DNA from: a virus
Lineage: Duplodnaviria; Caudoviricetes
Strand: one strand, 5' to 3'
Virus record (IMG/VR): IMGVR_UViG_3300048599_000187
Coordinates: 1 to 45,351 of that record
Length of the DNA: 45,351 nt
Under the pieces are notes generated by a model. That model was not told the origin of the DNA. It did no database searches and saw only the letters and a list, made by a program, of their open reading frames with translations. The translations under genes were made by a program, and so were the position numbers. Below, piece by piece: positions 24,374-35,600 of the stretch (positions are counted from its first letter, which is position 1; each line of letters starts with the position of its first letter).

Positions 24374-25129
24374 ATGGCATACTCATCTTACATACAAGCA
24401 ATGGTAGACAGAGTAGCTGCCTATCTTGGTAGATCAAGTACTGGGTTTACAGTCGGAACCGTGGACAATGTTCTGGCCGCAATAAATGATGCTAGATCAC
24501 GGGCTCAACAGGCTTATGAGTGGCAGCAATTGCGGACCATTGGAGCTATTAAAATTAACGGCTCTTCGGGAGCCCCTTGGGCCACGCCAAATGCTGGTGG
24601 CTTTGGTCCGTATTCATCTGATACTCCAGGTACAGCTTTGTTACTGAAGAATATTAGCTCTTTGTGGACCTACACAAAGGACACTGCAGGTAATATGACC
24701 CCGACAAATCGCATTGACTTCTCGTCAGAGCGTCAGTTTGGGCACCTGTTACCCACTAATATGGGGTACCCATTTACCTCGTCAAATCCAGCCTTCCCTC
24801 CGTGGTATTTTAATACCATCCCGACACAACAGATGTTTGCTTATGTAATCGGGCCAACGATATTTGTTAACACTTGTAACTCCCCGTCATGGTTCATGTT
24901 CATGGGGACCCAGCGTTTGCCTGACCTTGTTGGGACCGAAACTTCCGACCTTTTTATTGATAAGTATCAAAACTGGTTGCTATACGCTGCTATTCAAAAC
25001 CTAAACGGCTTTTTAAAAGAAGATCACCGCGTTGTAGTATCAGCAGCCTTGCTTACCGCAGCTTGGGCTGAAGCGACCTTTGATGATTCCCGAGCGGGTG
25101 GTATGGGAGAATGGGCTAACCTAGACTAA
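24374..25129 (+). CDS. Head-tail adaptor protein
   Basis: Helical termini AAINDARSR...YEWQQL and LLYAAI; located after the head genes. Confidence 0.7.
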   Translation: MAYSSYIQAMVDRVAAYLGRSSTGFTVGTVDNVLAAINDARSRAQQAYEWQQLRTIGAIKINGSSGAPWATPNAGGFGPYSSDTPGTALLLKNISSLWTYTKDTAGNMTPTNRIDFSSERQFGHLLPTNMGYPFTSSNPAFPPWYFNTIPTQQMFAYVIGPTIFVNTCNSPSWFMFMGTQRLPDLVGTETSDLFIDKYQNWLLYAAIQNLNGFLKEDHRVVVSAALLTAAWAEATFDDSRAGGMGEWANLD

Positions 25130-25131
25130 CC

Positions 25132-27051
25132 ATGTCTTCAACCTTTCAAGCAATAACACGTGTGGTTACACGTGGATTTGACCGGTCAGCACAGCGCCAT
25201 TTAACCAAGCCCAACTCATGCTGGGATTTACTCAACATGAAACCTGTTCTTGGTCGGTTGGAACAGACTCCGTGGATGCAGACATTTACGGCTTTAACTA
25301 AACTAACAAGTGAGACGACTGATACCGCAACGCATTTTATTCGTTTAGTTAAAAACGTCGCTGGAAATTTGAGGTACTTGGTTCTTAACGAAACCAACGC
25401 TCGTTTTATTGACCCCACAGCACCAGCGACACAAACCCTTATCCCGTGTGTTTTACAAACTGCCAAGCCGGACAATGCGACCCTGACTGGTGAATGTTTA
25501 CTCTACGGTATCAACGCGACGGACTTTGCAGCAGCTGGTGACCAGATAGACATTAAAATAGCTTCGTCTTCCACCTTTCAGGTACAGCGTAATGGTGGTG
25601 GTTACGGAGCAGCAGTACCCATAGCTTCTAGTGTTCTCCTATCCATCAACGGTCTTTACGTAGCTTTTCAAGGAGCTGGCGCATTAACAGATTTCGTTAA
25701 CTTCACTCCTGGTCAAATTTGGTCTTGGAAACGGTTCGATACCCTACCTGCAACTGATTATTCCAACACCACGTTTAATCTTTCATACCCGTCAGACTGC
25801 TACAATAACGATATTTATATCGGTGGTGTAGCTAGAAATATCTTACGGGTTCGTAATAATTTTATCACCTCGGTTGGGTACACAAGAGCTTATGGTATGC
25901 ACGTGGCTATATTTTATAACCACCTGTTTATCAGCCAATACGCCCCTGGAGTCTACAGTGCTGGCAGCGGAATTGTGGACGGTTATAATGCTCAAACAAC
26001 ACCATTTACTCTGGGCTGGTCGCACTTAAACAATCCCGATCAGCTCTTCGCTACGTTGATAAACGAAGCCGATCAAAAAACTTTGCCACAACAGCAATTT
26101 TATGAACTAGCTAATATGGGTATAACCGGTCTAGCTCCCTGGAGAAACCTGTTGTACGTGTTTTTAACCGACTCTATTTGGTCTGTTCAATACGTTGGCT
26201 TGCCTAACGTAATGCTGATTAGCCCGTTAAACAGTAATGTTGGTTCCTATTTTAAATCCGGTGTAGTCCGAACCCCAACAGGCATTTACTTCATCGGTAG
26301 AAGCGATTTCTACTGTATCAGCGAATACGAGCCAGTATCAATCGGGCTTAAAGTACGTACAAAGTTTTTTACTGAGATTTGTGCAATTAGCGATAATAAC
26401 CACCAAAGAACTTTTGGGTTCTACAACCCGTATTCCAAGGAAGTTATTTGGACTTACTGGGTTTTAATTAGTACAGGGGTGTATCAAGTTAGACAAATTG
26501 TATACAGCGAAATCACCCAAGACTGGTATTTTCGTAACATACCCAGCACCTCTTCGGGATATTCTGATTCATACGCTGGTTGTCCGCACTATAATACGTT
26601 TGGTCAGAATATATACGGTTATAACCAAAACCTCTATATAGACCAGGCAGCCGGGGCCACTACTGGTGCTTTGATGGATACTTATATCGGTGGCGTCGCT
26701 GCTTATACCACTCCATTTTTTGAAACCCCGTTTTTGGATTTTAACGACCCGTATCATATAAAAGAGTCTTCTGGTTTACACATTGATGCCAGCTGGGTGG
26801 CTGGTACTCAAATCCAGGTTTCACAAGCTACATCTGACTTAATTGGTAACGGCAACCCCACCATGGTCGCTTTGACCCAAAAATGGACACCGAATATTTC
26901 TCCAGAGGTTAGACTGTCCGCGCCTCGCACTAGTTTCCGTCAGGAAGCGTTTAAATTTGAAATACAAAAAACAGTACCTCCAGTTTATGGCGCAGTTTTC
27001 AACCTATTTCAAGAATTCGTATCTGGTCCGTCAACAACTGTTGAAAAATGA
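25132..27051 (+). CDS. Tail nozzle/stabilisation protein (beta-propeller, P22 gp10-like role)
   Basis: 639 aa, aromatic and beta-rich (LLYVFLTDSIWSV, GIYFIG, EVIWTY); follows the adaptor. Confidence 0.7.
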   Translation: MSSTFQAITRVVTRGFDRSAQRHLTKPNSCWDLLNMKPVLGRLEQTPWMQTFTALTKLTSETTDTATHFIRLVKNVAGNLRYLVLNETNARFIDPTAPATQTLIPCVLQTAKPDNATLTGECLLYGINATDFAAAGDQIDIKIASSSTFQVQRNGGGYGAAVPIASSVLLSINGLYVAFQGAGALTDFVNFTPGQIWSWKRFDTLPATDYSNTTFNLSYPSDCYNNDIYIGGVARNILRVRNNFITSVGYTRAYGMHVAIFYNHLFISQYAPGVYSAGSGIVDGYNAQTTPFTLGWSHLNNPDQLFATLINEADQKTLPQQQFYELANMGITGLAPWRNLLYVFLTDSIWSVQYVGLPNVMLISPLNSNVGSYFKSGVVRTPTGIYFIGRSDFYCISEYEPVSIGLKVRTKFFTEICAISDNNHQRTFGFYNPYSKEVIWTYWVLISTGVYQVRQIVYSEITQDWYFRNIPSTSSGYSDSYAGCPHYNTFGQNIYGYNQNLYIDQAAGATTGALMDTYIGGVAAYTTPFFETPFLDFNDPYHIKESSGLHIDASWVAGTQIQVSQATSDLIGNGNPTMVALTQKWTPNISPEVRLSAPRTSFRQEAFKFEIQKTVPPVYGAVFNLFQEFVSGPSTTVEK

Positions 27052-28880
27052 GTAACTTTGTTACGCCAACAATTTCAGTTGCGTATTCCAATGACATAGC
27101 GTCGTTGACGACAAATATAAATTTGGCGTTGATGACGTATGGCCAGCAATTACAGCAGTTGGCTGACTCTCTCAATTCGACAAAAACTATAACAACTCCA
27201 GATTCTTCTAGTGGTGGAACTAGTATTTATCCGTTGGCACCGAATAGCGTTAATACAGTTAATATAATTAGACAAGCTGTTACTAGTTTGCAAATAGCTA
27301 ATGCGACTATCACAGAAGCGCAAATAGCAGTTAACACTATTACCGGTGGCTTAGAGGGTAACTTAGCAGCCGCAACTATTGAAGGGTATAATATAAAAGC
27401 CCGCACTATTCAGGCTTTAAATATAGCTGCGTTAACTATCAGTGGTAATGAAATAGCTGGTAATACTATAACCGCTGATAAATTGCTAGTCTTGAAACTT
27501 TCAGCTGTGACGGCTGATATGGGTTCATTAACTTCAGGTGACATAACAATTAGTAACACCGGATTCATTCGTGGCGGAGCGACTGATTATAACACAGGAA
27601 CCGGTTTCTGGATGGGATATAGCGGTGGTGCGTATAAGTTCTTCATCGGCACAAATTCTGGTAATAAGCTGCTGTGGACCGGAACAGCGTTGGAGATTGC
27701 TGGAACCATAACAGCCAGCGCCGGAGCCATTGGTGGTTGGCTTCTTGGAGCAACATCGTTATCAGCAAACAATCTCATACTAAGCAGTACCGGTTCTATC
27801 CTCGCCGGGACTCTTGATGACGTTATTAGCATTAGCTCCACCGACGCAACTTATCGTCTTTGGGTAGGTAACGCCTCTGCAGCCTACGCAGCGTTCTCTG
27901 TTACTAAAGCTGGTGCAATGACAGCCACTAGCGGTTCCATTGGTGGTTGGCAGCTATCATCATCAATGATATACGCTGGAAATACTGTTCTTAGTTCGAC
28001 AGGACTATTAACTTTAGGTACTGTTAATGACGTAATTTGTTTGAGTTCTGCGGATGCTACATACCGTCTTTGGGTTGGTAATGCTAGTGCTGCTAGTGCT
28101 GCATTTTCAATAACAAAAGCGGGTGCTGTTTCAGCCACGAGTGGTTATGTTGGTGGTTGGGAACTTTCAGCGACTAAATTGTCTTCAAATAATGTCATTC
28201 TAGACTCGGCTGGAACACTATCCCTCGGGACCTACAATGACATTATTCGTCTTTCAGCCACTGATACAGATTATCGTTTGTGGGTTGGTGACGCAGTTTC
28301 TGGTAGCGCATCCTTCTCAGTAACAAAGACTGGAGTTCTATACGCCAAGGGTGGGTCTGGCGATAATATATACAACATATCCACCACTGGTTCGTCTTTT
28401 GGCGATACTTCTAGTCACTATTTCATCTTTACCACCGGGATTGAAAGCCCCAACATGGCACTTAAGGGCTATATTGGAGCCCTTTTGACTGTTGAATTGG
28501 GTGTTAACTCTGGTAGTGGTTCAGCATCATATCTGTACCTCAAAGGTGCGGTTTATTGTGAAACCTTAACTTTCCATTCTGATACTGTTTTGTATAGAAA
28601 AAGTGCTGGTATTTTTAAAACCGACAGCAGTTTTGAGGTTGGAGCAACTTTAACTGTCGGTACTGAAATAGCTGTTGGGACTAATGGCATGATTATTGAC
28701 AACGATTCTTATTGCCGTATTTTCAAATACGCTAGTGCCACCTTAAAAACTGAAGGCAATTTTATCTTTGGCGGTAGTTTGACAGTTTATGGTAACACCA
28801 CACTAGCTGGTGGCTTAATCTCTTACGGGGCTAATGACTCAGCTGGCACTGGTTATCGGTTAGTTAAAGTACCAAACTAA
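27048..28880 (+). CDS. Tail fibre with three 70-aa tandem repeats
   Basis: N-terminal ITxxQIA repeats, LSAVTADMG and GFWMG motifs, then three IGGW...YRLWVG...FSVTK repeats. Confidence 0.85.
   Translation: MSNFVTPTISVAYSNDIASLTTNINLALMTYGQQLQQLADSLNSTKTITTPDSSSGGTSIYPLAPNSVNTVNIIRQAVTSLQIANATITEAQIAVNTITGGLEGNLAAATIEGYNIKARTIQALNIAALTISGNEIAGNTITADKLLVLKLSAVTADMGSLTSGDITISNTGFIRGGATDYNTGTGFWMGYSGGAYKFFIGTNSGNKLLWTGTALEIAGTITASAGAIGGWLLGATSLSANNLILSSTGSILAGTLDDVISISSTDATYRLWVGNASAAYAAFSVTKAGAMTATSGSIGGWQLSSSMIYAGNTVLSSTGLLTLGTVNDVICLSSADATYRLWVGNASAASAAFSITKAGAVSATSGYVGGWELSATKLSSNNVILDSAGTLSLGTYNDIIRLSATDTDYRLWVGDAVSGSASFSVTKTGVLYAKGGSGDNIYNISTTGSSFGDTSSHYFIFTTGIESPNMALKGYIGALLTVELGVNSGSGSASYLYLKGAVYCETLTFHSDTVLYRKSAGIFKTDSSFEVGATLTVGTEIAVGTNGMIIDNDSYCRIFKYASATLKTEGNFIFGGSLTVYGNTTLAGGLISYGANDSAGTGYRLVKVPN
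27729..28358 (+). repeat. 3 x 210-bp intragenic tandem repeat
   Basis: Units start at 27729, 27939 and 28149 with (a/g)ttggtggttgg. Confidence 0.9.
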
Positions 28881-28887
28881 TTTTACT

Positions 28888-29343
28888 ATGCAAGTAATGC
28901 GTCTTACTTCAGTCGCTCACGTAATTCATTACTGGGATTTCATAGCAGAAGCTTTGATGTCCATATCGGAAAAAATGCGTGATCCATTTGACGAAGAGCT
29001 AGTGCGAAAGACAATGATTAACCTTGTTGTGGATTTAGAGCATGCTTGGTTAGGGATAACCATAGATAATATGGGTATCCCGCTAGCCTTCGGTGTAGTT
29101 CAAGAGTGCACTCCTGATTTTGACGAACACCGTTATTTTGTTGTTCGCTGGTTTTACCACACCCCCTGCAAATTTGATGCAACTTTGACGCTTATGACAG
29201 CTTTTGAAACTTGGGCTAAAGAGCACAAAATTGAACGCTACGCTGTGACTACTAAACGGTCAGCAGGTGAAGCTATAAAATGTTTCCAGTCCAAACAATT
29301 TGGATTTCGTAAATGTTTCCTAACCTTTGAAAAGGAACTCTAA
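28888..29343 (+). CDS. GNAT-fold-like virion assembly protein
   Basis: LMTAFETWAKEHKI...FGF pattern; located between tail and ejection genes. Confidence 0.55.
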   Translation: MQVMRLTSVAHVIHYWDFIAEALMSISEKMRDPFDEELVRKTMINLVVDLEHAWLGITIDNMGIPLAFGVVQECTPDFDEHRYFVVRWFYHTPCKFDATLTLMTAFETWAKEHKIERYAVTTKRSAGEAIKCFQSKQFGFRKCFLTFEKEL

Positions 29344-29345
29344 TT

Positions 29346-30815
29346 ATGCCGATGTTTAATGTACAGAACTATTTAGCTACGCACCCAAATGTCGTCAACA
29401 CTTTTATTGACGACCCTTTGGCTAAACAAACTTACGGTACTTTGGATAACTTTGCAATTGCAGATGCGAAGGGTAATGGTACTCCAGAAGAGAAAATAGC
29501 TGCTAACGGTACTCAGGTTATTGATTCTGGTGGGATGCTGACTAATAACCCGACACTACCAGTAGAGACCGGTCTTGGTAGTTTAATAAACGATGCTGCG
29601 AAAACTGGAGCTGCTGGTGCTACTGTAAACCCGAATACCCAAGAGGTCATGGCAGCTAATCAGACTGGAACAACGCAGTCTTCTGGGTTAACGAATACAA
29701 GTGGAACGCAGACTCAAACGGGGACCAAATCCAACAACACCTCGCAAAATCAGGTCACTAATAGTGCGCAGGCTGGTACTACCATTGGCAGCACGGGTAG
29801 TAATACCTCGGGAACATCCACTACTGGGCAGACTAGTCAAACTGGTACCACAAATACTGTCACCCCGACAGACACTTTGGGCTTTGGCCAGCTTTTGCAA
29901 AATCAAGTAACTGGTGCTCAAGATGCGACTGCGACACAACAGAGTTTTCTTAAGGACCTGGTGGCTAATGGTCCTGCTAACCAGCAAGCACTTACCGCTA
30001 GAGCGGTTAACTCTGCCTTATCCGGTCCTGGGATGGTCGGGGCTGGTGATAATGCTCAAGCTAGGGCTGCTAGTGATGCCGCTTCAACAGTTGCTACAAA
30101 TGCGTTAAACCAACAATTAGCTGCAGCTGGACAGCTAGCTAATAATACACAGGTGACTAATCTCGCCACGGCTGGTAACCCTTATGTCGGTTCCTCCTCA
30201 ACAGGTGCAACAAATACGACAGCTAGCGGCACGACAAACAGTAATCAATCAACTGGTGGCTTTTCAAACACTGCCACTAATAACACCAACACCGAGAATT
30301 TAATCAATAACTTAAATTCTTTGGACATTTCATCGTTAATCAATAAAACCGATACCACAACGAATGAGCAGCAGGCTGGTTTATCCAACGCCAACTCTTC
30401 TCAAGTAGGAATTGGTACCGTTCCTGAAAACAGTACGTCAAGTGCTGGTGGCTGCTATGTTTGTACCGATTTTGTTGACCGTGGTTTAATGCATCCAGGG
30501 GCAATACGTCGAGCGGCCCGTTGGAAGCTATCGCAAACGAAATATCACAAATCCCTTGTCGGGTATTCCATTTACGGCCCATTTGCCGCAAAGCATCATC
30601 TTGTACCCCGTAGCATCGCTAGGCTCATACTGTACGAAGAGTGCAGACTTGCCGGTGTTAAAGTGCCAAAACGCACCGATGCTACGGGGTGTCATGCTAT
30701 TTTTCACTATTTCTCAACAATCGTCGCAGTTCTTACTGGACAAAATAAAATTAAGCAGTGCGAACCTTCCATGGTTGCAATGCTGAGTCGAAACAATTTG
30801 ATTTTCAAGGTCTAA
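29346..30815 (+). CDS. Putative internal/ejection protein, T/S/N/Q-rich, with a C-terminal CxxC domain
   Basis: Composition and position; C-terminal GGCYVCT...GYSIYG. Confidence 0.6.
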   Translation: MPMFNVQNYLATHPNVVNTFIDDPLAKQTYGTLDNFAIADAKGNGTPEEKIAANGTQVIDSGGMLTNNPTLPVETGLGSLINDAAKTGAAGATVNPNTQEVMAANQTGTTQSSGLTNTSGTQTQTGTKSNNTSQNQVTNSAQAGTTIGSTGSNTSGTSTTGQTSQTGTTNTVTPTDTLGFGQLLQNQVTGAQDATATQQSFLKDLVANGPANQQALTARAVNSALSGPGMVGAGDNAQARAASDAASTVATNALNQQLAAAGQLANNTQVTNLATAGNPYVGSSSTGATNTTASGTTNSNQSTGGFSNTATNNTNTENLINNLNSLDISSLINKTDTTTNEQQAGLSNANSSQVGIGTVPENSTSSAGGCYVCTDFVDRGLMHPGAIRRAARWKLSQTKYHKSLVGYSIYGPFAAKHHLVPRSIARLILYEECRLAGVKVPKRTDATGCHAIFHYFSTIVAVLTGQNKIKQCEPSMVAMLSRNNLIFKV

Positions 30816-30816
30816 T

Positions 30817-31380
30817 ATGTCAATGCATCAAAAAGATTGGTTGTTGGCTGGTGGTGCGTCATTGGCTGCATTAGCTGTTTTAGCTAGTGGTGGCCTACTT
30901 GGTCCAGAAGCCGCTGCTTTGATGGGGGCTGGTGGGACGGGTGCTGGGGCTACTGGTGCAGGAGCTGCCGGAGCAGCGGGTGCTGCTGGTGCTGGAACAG
31001 GTGCCGCAGCTAGTACAGGAGCGGCTGCCACGGGGGCTGGATTAGCTGGTGCTGGTACAACTGCTGGAACCACAGCTGGTGCTTTAGGTGCTAAAGCCGG
31101 TGCAGCGGCAGCAGCTCCGTGGTACTCTGGACTCGGGTTATCCGCAGCTAAAGGCGCTGCAGGTACTGGAGCTGGTCTTGGTGCAGCTATGCTAGCCCAA
31201 CCGGATATTTCGTCGTCTTCTGTTGGTCCTGGGGTTTTAAATCTCGATCAAATTGTTCAGCCTCAGCAAGTTCAAGCGATGGTAAACCATTCGGACCCAG
31301 CATCTAATTCTGGTTATTTTCTCCCAGCACCCTCACAAGAGGAACAGTTGGTACAGTTACACAAACTGGGTTTTCTGTAA
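30817..31380 (+). CDS. Gly/Ala-rich putative ejection protein
   Basis: GAGA-rich with a hydrophobic N-terminus. Confidence 0.6.
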   Translation: MSMHQKDWLLAGGASLAALAVLASGGLLGPEAAALMGAGGTGAGATGAGAAGAAGAAGAGTGAAASTGAAATGAGLAGAGTTAGTTAGALGAKAGAAAAAPWYSGLGLSAAKGAAGTGAGLGAAMLAQPDISSSSVGPGVLNLDQIVQPQQVQAMVNHSDPASNSGYFLPAPSQEEQLVQLHKLGFL

Positions 31381-31391
31381 ACTAAAATCTT

Positions 31392-32699
31392 ATGCCACTT
31401 CCTACTGCACAATTGGGCCAGTTGCCCTCGATGAATTTAGCACACTCTGGGTCTAAGCAGGTTTTAGAACCAGCTTGGCACAAAGCGTTGACAGCATTAC
31501 TAGTTGGTATGGCTGGTAAGGCCGCTGAGACTGGTGTCGGTAATGTAATGGCGCCAGATTATACGCCGCAAGCGGTTGCTGCAAAATTGCCTGGTACTAG
31601 TCCTGACGATAAAGAGCAGCCATGGTATAGTCAGGTCCTTCATGGACCTAAGTGGGATAAAACAGCGTATCAAACTGGTATGCGGGATCAGGCTGTGAAT
31701 AAACGACTTGACGCCCAGGATGAAAGACTTGCAAAAGACCTGGGGTTGAAAGAGAGTGAGTTAAAAGCGTTAAATGATTACCGCTCTAGCGAACTCGCTT
31801 TGCGTCAAAAAGAGTCTGGTAATCGTGAAGCTGAACGCCAGGATACTACAAATCTCAGAAAAACTGAGATGGAGAATACGGATAATTACCGTAACCAGCA
31901 ATTAGCTCTTGAGCAGCAGCGGTTGGCACTGGAGCAGGGCAGGTACGCAAGTGAAGACCAGCGTTGGCAAAGTTCCCACGATCCGAGTAACCCACTAAAC
32001 GCTTCTGAGGTAGCACTTCGTCAGGCGCAGATTGAGAACTATAATCGTCAATCTGACCCTTCTTATGCTGCCAGGGTTAAAATGGAGCAATTAAAAGCTC
32101 TGGGTATTGATCCTCGAACTCTTTTTGGTGGTACAAACGCTACAACTGGTCAAGCACCGACTAATAATAGTGATTCTTATACACCTCATGAGACAATGAC
32201 ACCTTCAGTACCTGGAAGTGCTCCACAGGAACCGTACAAAGGGCTCGACTTAAGTCCATTACTTGGCACCCCGCAGACCCCAGCCTCTGAAAGTCCGCCG
32301 ACGACACAAAGTATTTCCCCCACTGAGGCTGTTCAGGAGCGTGAGAGAGCAAACACTGCAGCCGGGACGTCTTCTCAAATGGGACAATCCCAAAGCATGT
32401 CAGCCGAGCCAGTGGAGCAAGCGCAGCCGCCCATTACACAGGCTCAGCCGTTGACACAAACGGTAGGAAGCTCTGGTTATCCGAGTGACGCACTGGCTTT
32501 GGTCCGACCCGCTCAAACTCCAAATAGTCCCACTGGTATTTTGCCGTCTTCAGCGAGTAATTACATGCCGCCCATTACATTTGACCCGGAAACGCTTAGA
32601 CGCGCGGCTTTGCTAGCTAAGGTTCTCGGACATGGTCAAGGTATTGGTGGTACTACAAATTCAGCAGGTTCTGGTGGACTCCCAACTGGTTATGGATAA
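31392..32699 (+). CDS. Putative ejection (DNA transfer) protein
   Basis: Central charged coiled coil (twice xYRxxxLAL) and a Pro/Ser/Thr tail; precedes the giant protein. Confidence 0.6.
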   Translation: MPLPTAQLGQLPSMNLAHSGSKQVLEPAWHKALTALLVGMAGKAAETGVGNVMAPDYTPQAVAAKLPGTSPDDKEQPWYSQVLHGPKWDKTAYQTGMRDQAVNKRLDAQDERLAKDLGLKESELKALNDYRSSELALRQKESGNREAERQDTTNLRKTEMENTDNYRNQQLALEQQRLALEQGRYASEDQRWQSSHDPSNPLNASEVALRQAQIENYNRQSDPSYAARVKMEQLKALGIDPRTLFGGTNATTGQAPTNNSDSYTPHETMTPSVPGSAPQEPYKGLDLSPLLGTPQTPASESPPTTQSISPTEAVQERERANTAAGTSSQMGQSQSMSAEPVEQAQPPITQAQPLTQTVGSSGYPSDALALVRPAQTPNSPTGILPSSASNYMPPITFDPETLRRAALLAKVLGHGQGIGGTTNSAGSGGLPTGYG

Positions 32700-35600
32700 T
32701 CTAAATATTGCATCATTGGTAAATCCCGACACAACTCTTCCTGTCATTGATGACGAAAAGAGTAAGTATCAAAAGTGGCTCGCACAAAATCCTAACGGCC
32801 CTCCTGTAGATTTTGCTACGTGGCGTGCCGGAACTGCACAGTCGGTTCAAAATGCGCCGCAGTTGACTGAGATACCAAAACCGTCTTTACAGGACTACAT
32901 TAAAGGTATCGGTAATGCACTGTTTTCACCGGGGTACACAGAACCTGGAATAACAACCACAAAGGGCAATGATATTGAAGGGACTGTGACATCTCCAACG
33001 CAGCAGGTAGGATTACTGGGGAATGAATCTGCGTTATCCGGCGAAGCTGCTAAAACTATCGTCAGTCCAGCTGATGCCCTATTCGGTACGGGTACTAAAA
33101 TACAAGATGTTGCACAGCAAGTTGGTGAATCCATGCCAAGGTTTGTGGGTGCGGCAGCTGTGGGTGGTGTACCTGGAATGATAGCTGATGCTGGTGCTCA
33201 GCGGTACGGTGAAACTGGATCGGCCGCCCAAGCTGCACTAGGTGCTGGGGAAACTGCTTTGACCCTAGGACTGGCCAAATATGGTGGTCAGGCTGGTGAA
33301 AGATTCGTGTCTGACCAGCTTACTAAACTAATCTCTCCTGAAGCGACTGACGTTGTTGGTCAAACGCTTAATCGTGGTTTAGCTAACGAAGCCTTGGCCG
33401 GGTCAATGCCTCGGGTTGGTCATGTTGCGGGTGCCGTAACTGGCGGTGTGTCTGGTATAGAATTGGGTCATCAGATTGAAACTGGTGGATCAAACCCATT
33501 CACCGTTGAAAATATAGCCAGCGATGTTTTAGGTGGTGCCATGATGGCTGTGCCGGAGTCTATTAGTGCTTTTCGTAGCGGACCAAATGTTCAAGGGGCT
33601 AGATCGTTGCTAGATAGACTGTACGGTAATAAGACCGAACCAGCGTTTTCTACTGAAACCCCTGACATGCAATTTCAAAAGCTGCTCGGGCAGTCAGTAT
33701 CAACAACTGATATAGACCCGCAATGGCGGCGAGGGTTGGTGGTAACAGGACTACAAAATCTTGGAAAAGTGATAGACCCACAAGAGAGAGCAAGTCAGCT
33801 TAGTCAATTGACCGAGGCTGTGATACAGTCGCGGGACTGGAGTGGGTTAGAAACTCAAGCTGATACTGGAGCTAAGATGGCTTATATAGCACCACCGACA
33901 GATGCTGCTGGGTTGGCAAAACTCGTACAACAGGTTAATGGGTTGAAATCAGATGTGCTGAACAAACTTGATGAGATGGTGGCTAGTGGTGAAACAAATA
34001 GTATCTCGTCAACAGCGTATAAACAGCTCGCTGAACAAGGGTTTTTAAAAGAGACCATAGATTTAAATTGGCTGCAGAAGAACTATGATGAAAACCTGCA
34101 AAGGTCTTTGTCGAATTCTGATACCAATGCTTATTCTATGTTGGTACAGCAATTAGCCAACCGTCAAATCATTCTTGCTGAGGTGGCTAAAGAGGCTCGT
34201 GGTGAAATGTTGACCAGGAAGTCTATAGAATCACCAGAATTGACGTCCTCTAAGCTGGAAGATAGACGGGTAATCACTAATTTCTTTGACACAGTGTCGA
34301 AGATACAAAACCCTGAAATACTGGGACAACTGTATGACAGGTTTAATTACCAGGAAAGCCTAGACAACTCTAAAAACTTTGGAACAACTCCGAAGTATAT
34401 GAATGAGGTGACTGAGGTGGTGAATAAAATAGCCGCTGGTAAGACGCCGGAACAGCTGGCTAGTGTCGACTGGCTAAATACACCAGTAACTGTGCAGAAG
34501 CGCAGTGTTAACTACGAAGGTGGTGTTGAAACAAGAACGTTACATGATGAAACCGTAACTCTTGGCGACTATCTTTCCAAGGATGAGTTTGGGGTATATA
34601 CTCGTAAAGTTTATGGTCGACCTGAAGGTCAAAGCCAGCGTGAAATTGCTGCTGGTATTCAACCACCACATGCAGCCCTTGAAAAGGTTCAGGATTTGAA
34701 CCAATCTAGTACGTGGGCTGAAACTGCTGATAAGGTGAGAACACAAATCAGCAGTATTGATGATAAAACTGCTTGGTCAAAACTCGTTGCACCAGCTTTG
34801 ATGGGTGACCGGCAGTTAAGGTCTGATGTTGTAGCCAGATTATCGCCAATCGCTAAGGACTTGGTAATGGCTATTTTTGAAGCTGGACCAAAAGTAACTG
34901 GTGGTGAAGAGGGGTCTAGGATTTTGGGTGAAGCTGGTAAAAGAATTTTAAGTGCTTTTGGTGGCAGTACATTAAAGGACCGATCGGAGTATGGACAGCT
35001 AGTTAAACGGCTTAATGACATTTTTGGCCAGGGTGGACGAGATGCTGGACAGGTTAGACAGGAGATTATCCGCCGAGCTGCTGAAATGGCTGGGGTTAAA
35101 GGGCCTGAAATTGAGGCTACGGGTGAAAGCCAGGCTAGTGGGACTGGTAAAACATCAGTTGGTTTAATTAAACAGGGCATTACTGGCCCCACTGAAAACG
35201 AGTTTAAACTTAGTCAGCCCAAGCGACTCGAAATTAGTAACGCTGAGCAGGACTTATACCGTACCTTGCGACGTGGCTTTTTAAATCTGGGTTTGGAACC
35301 TGAACTTGTTGATAGGAATACCACCATTGGCTTGCAGATATTAAACAATATTAACAACCCAGATATAAAGTTCGTGAGGTTGAGTCCGAGAAACGCCTAT
35401 CCAAATAGTAACGAAGCTGGAACATTAACTCGCGACGATATGTTTATTGCTGGTGTGCATGGTAAAATTAGCGATTCACCAGTAATTGGGTTGGCAGTGG
35501 AGCATACTAGTGGTCAAGCACCTAAAGAACTTGCTGTGGCACACCTTCTTGGTGTCCTTGGGCATGAGTTGGTACATGATATACAAAAGCAAGCCGAAGA

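Noticed and set aside
27729-28358. DGR template/variable repeats
   Set aside because: No reverse transcriptase; repeats are in-frame tandem units and the differences are not adenine-specific.
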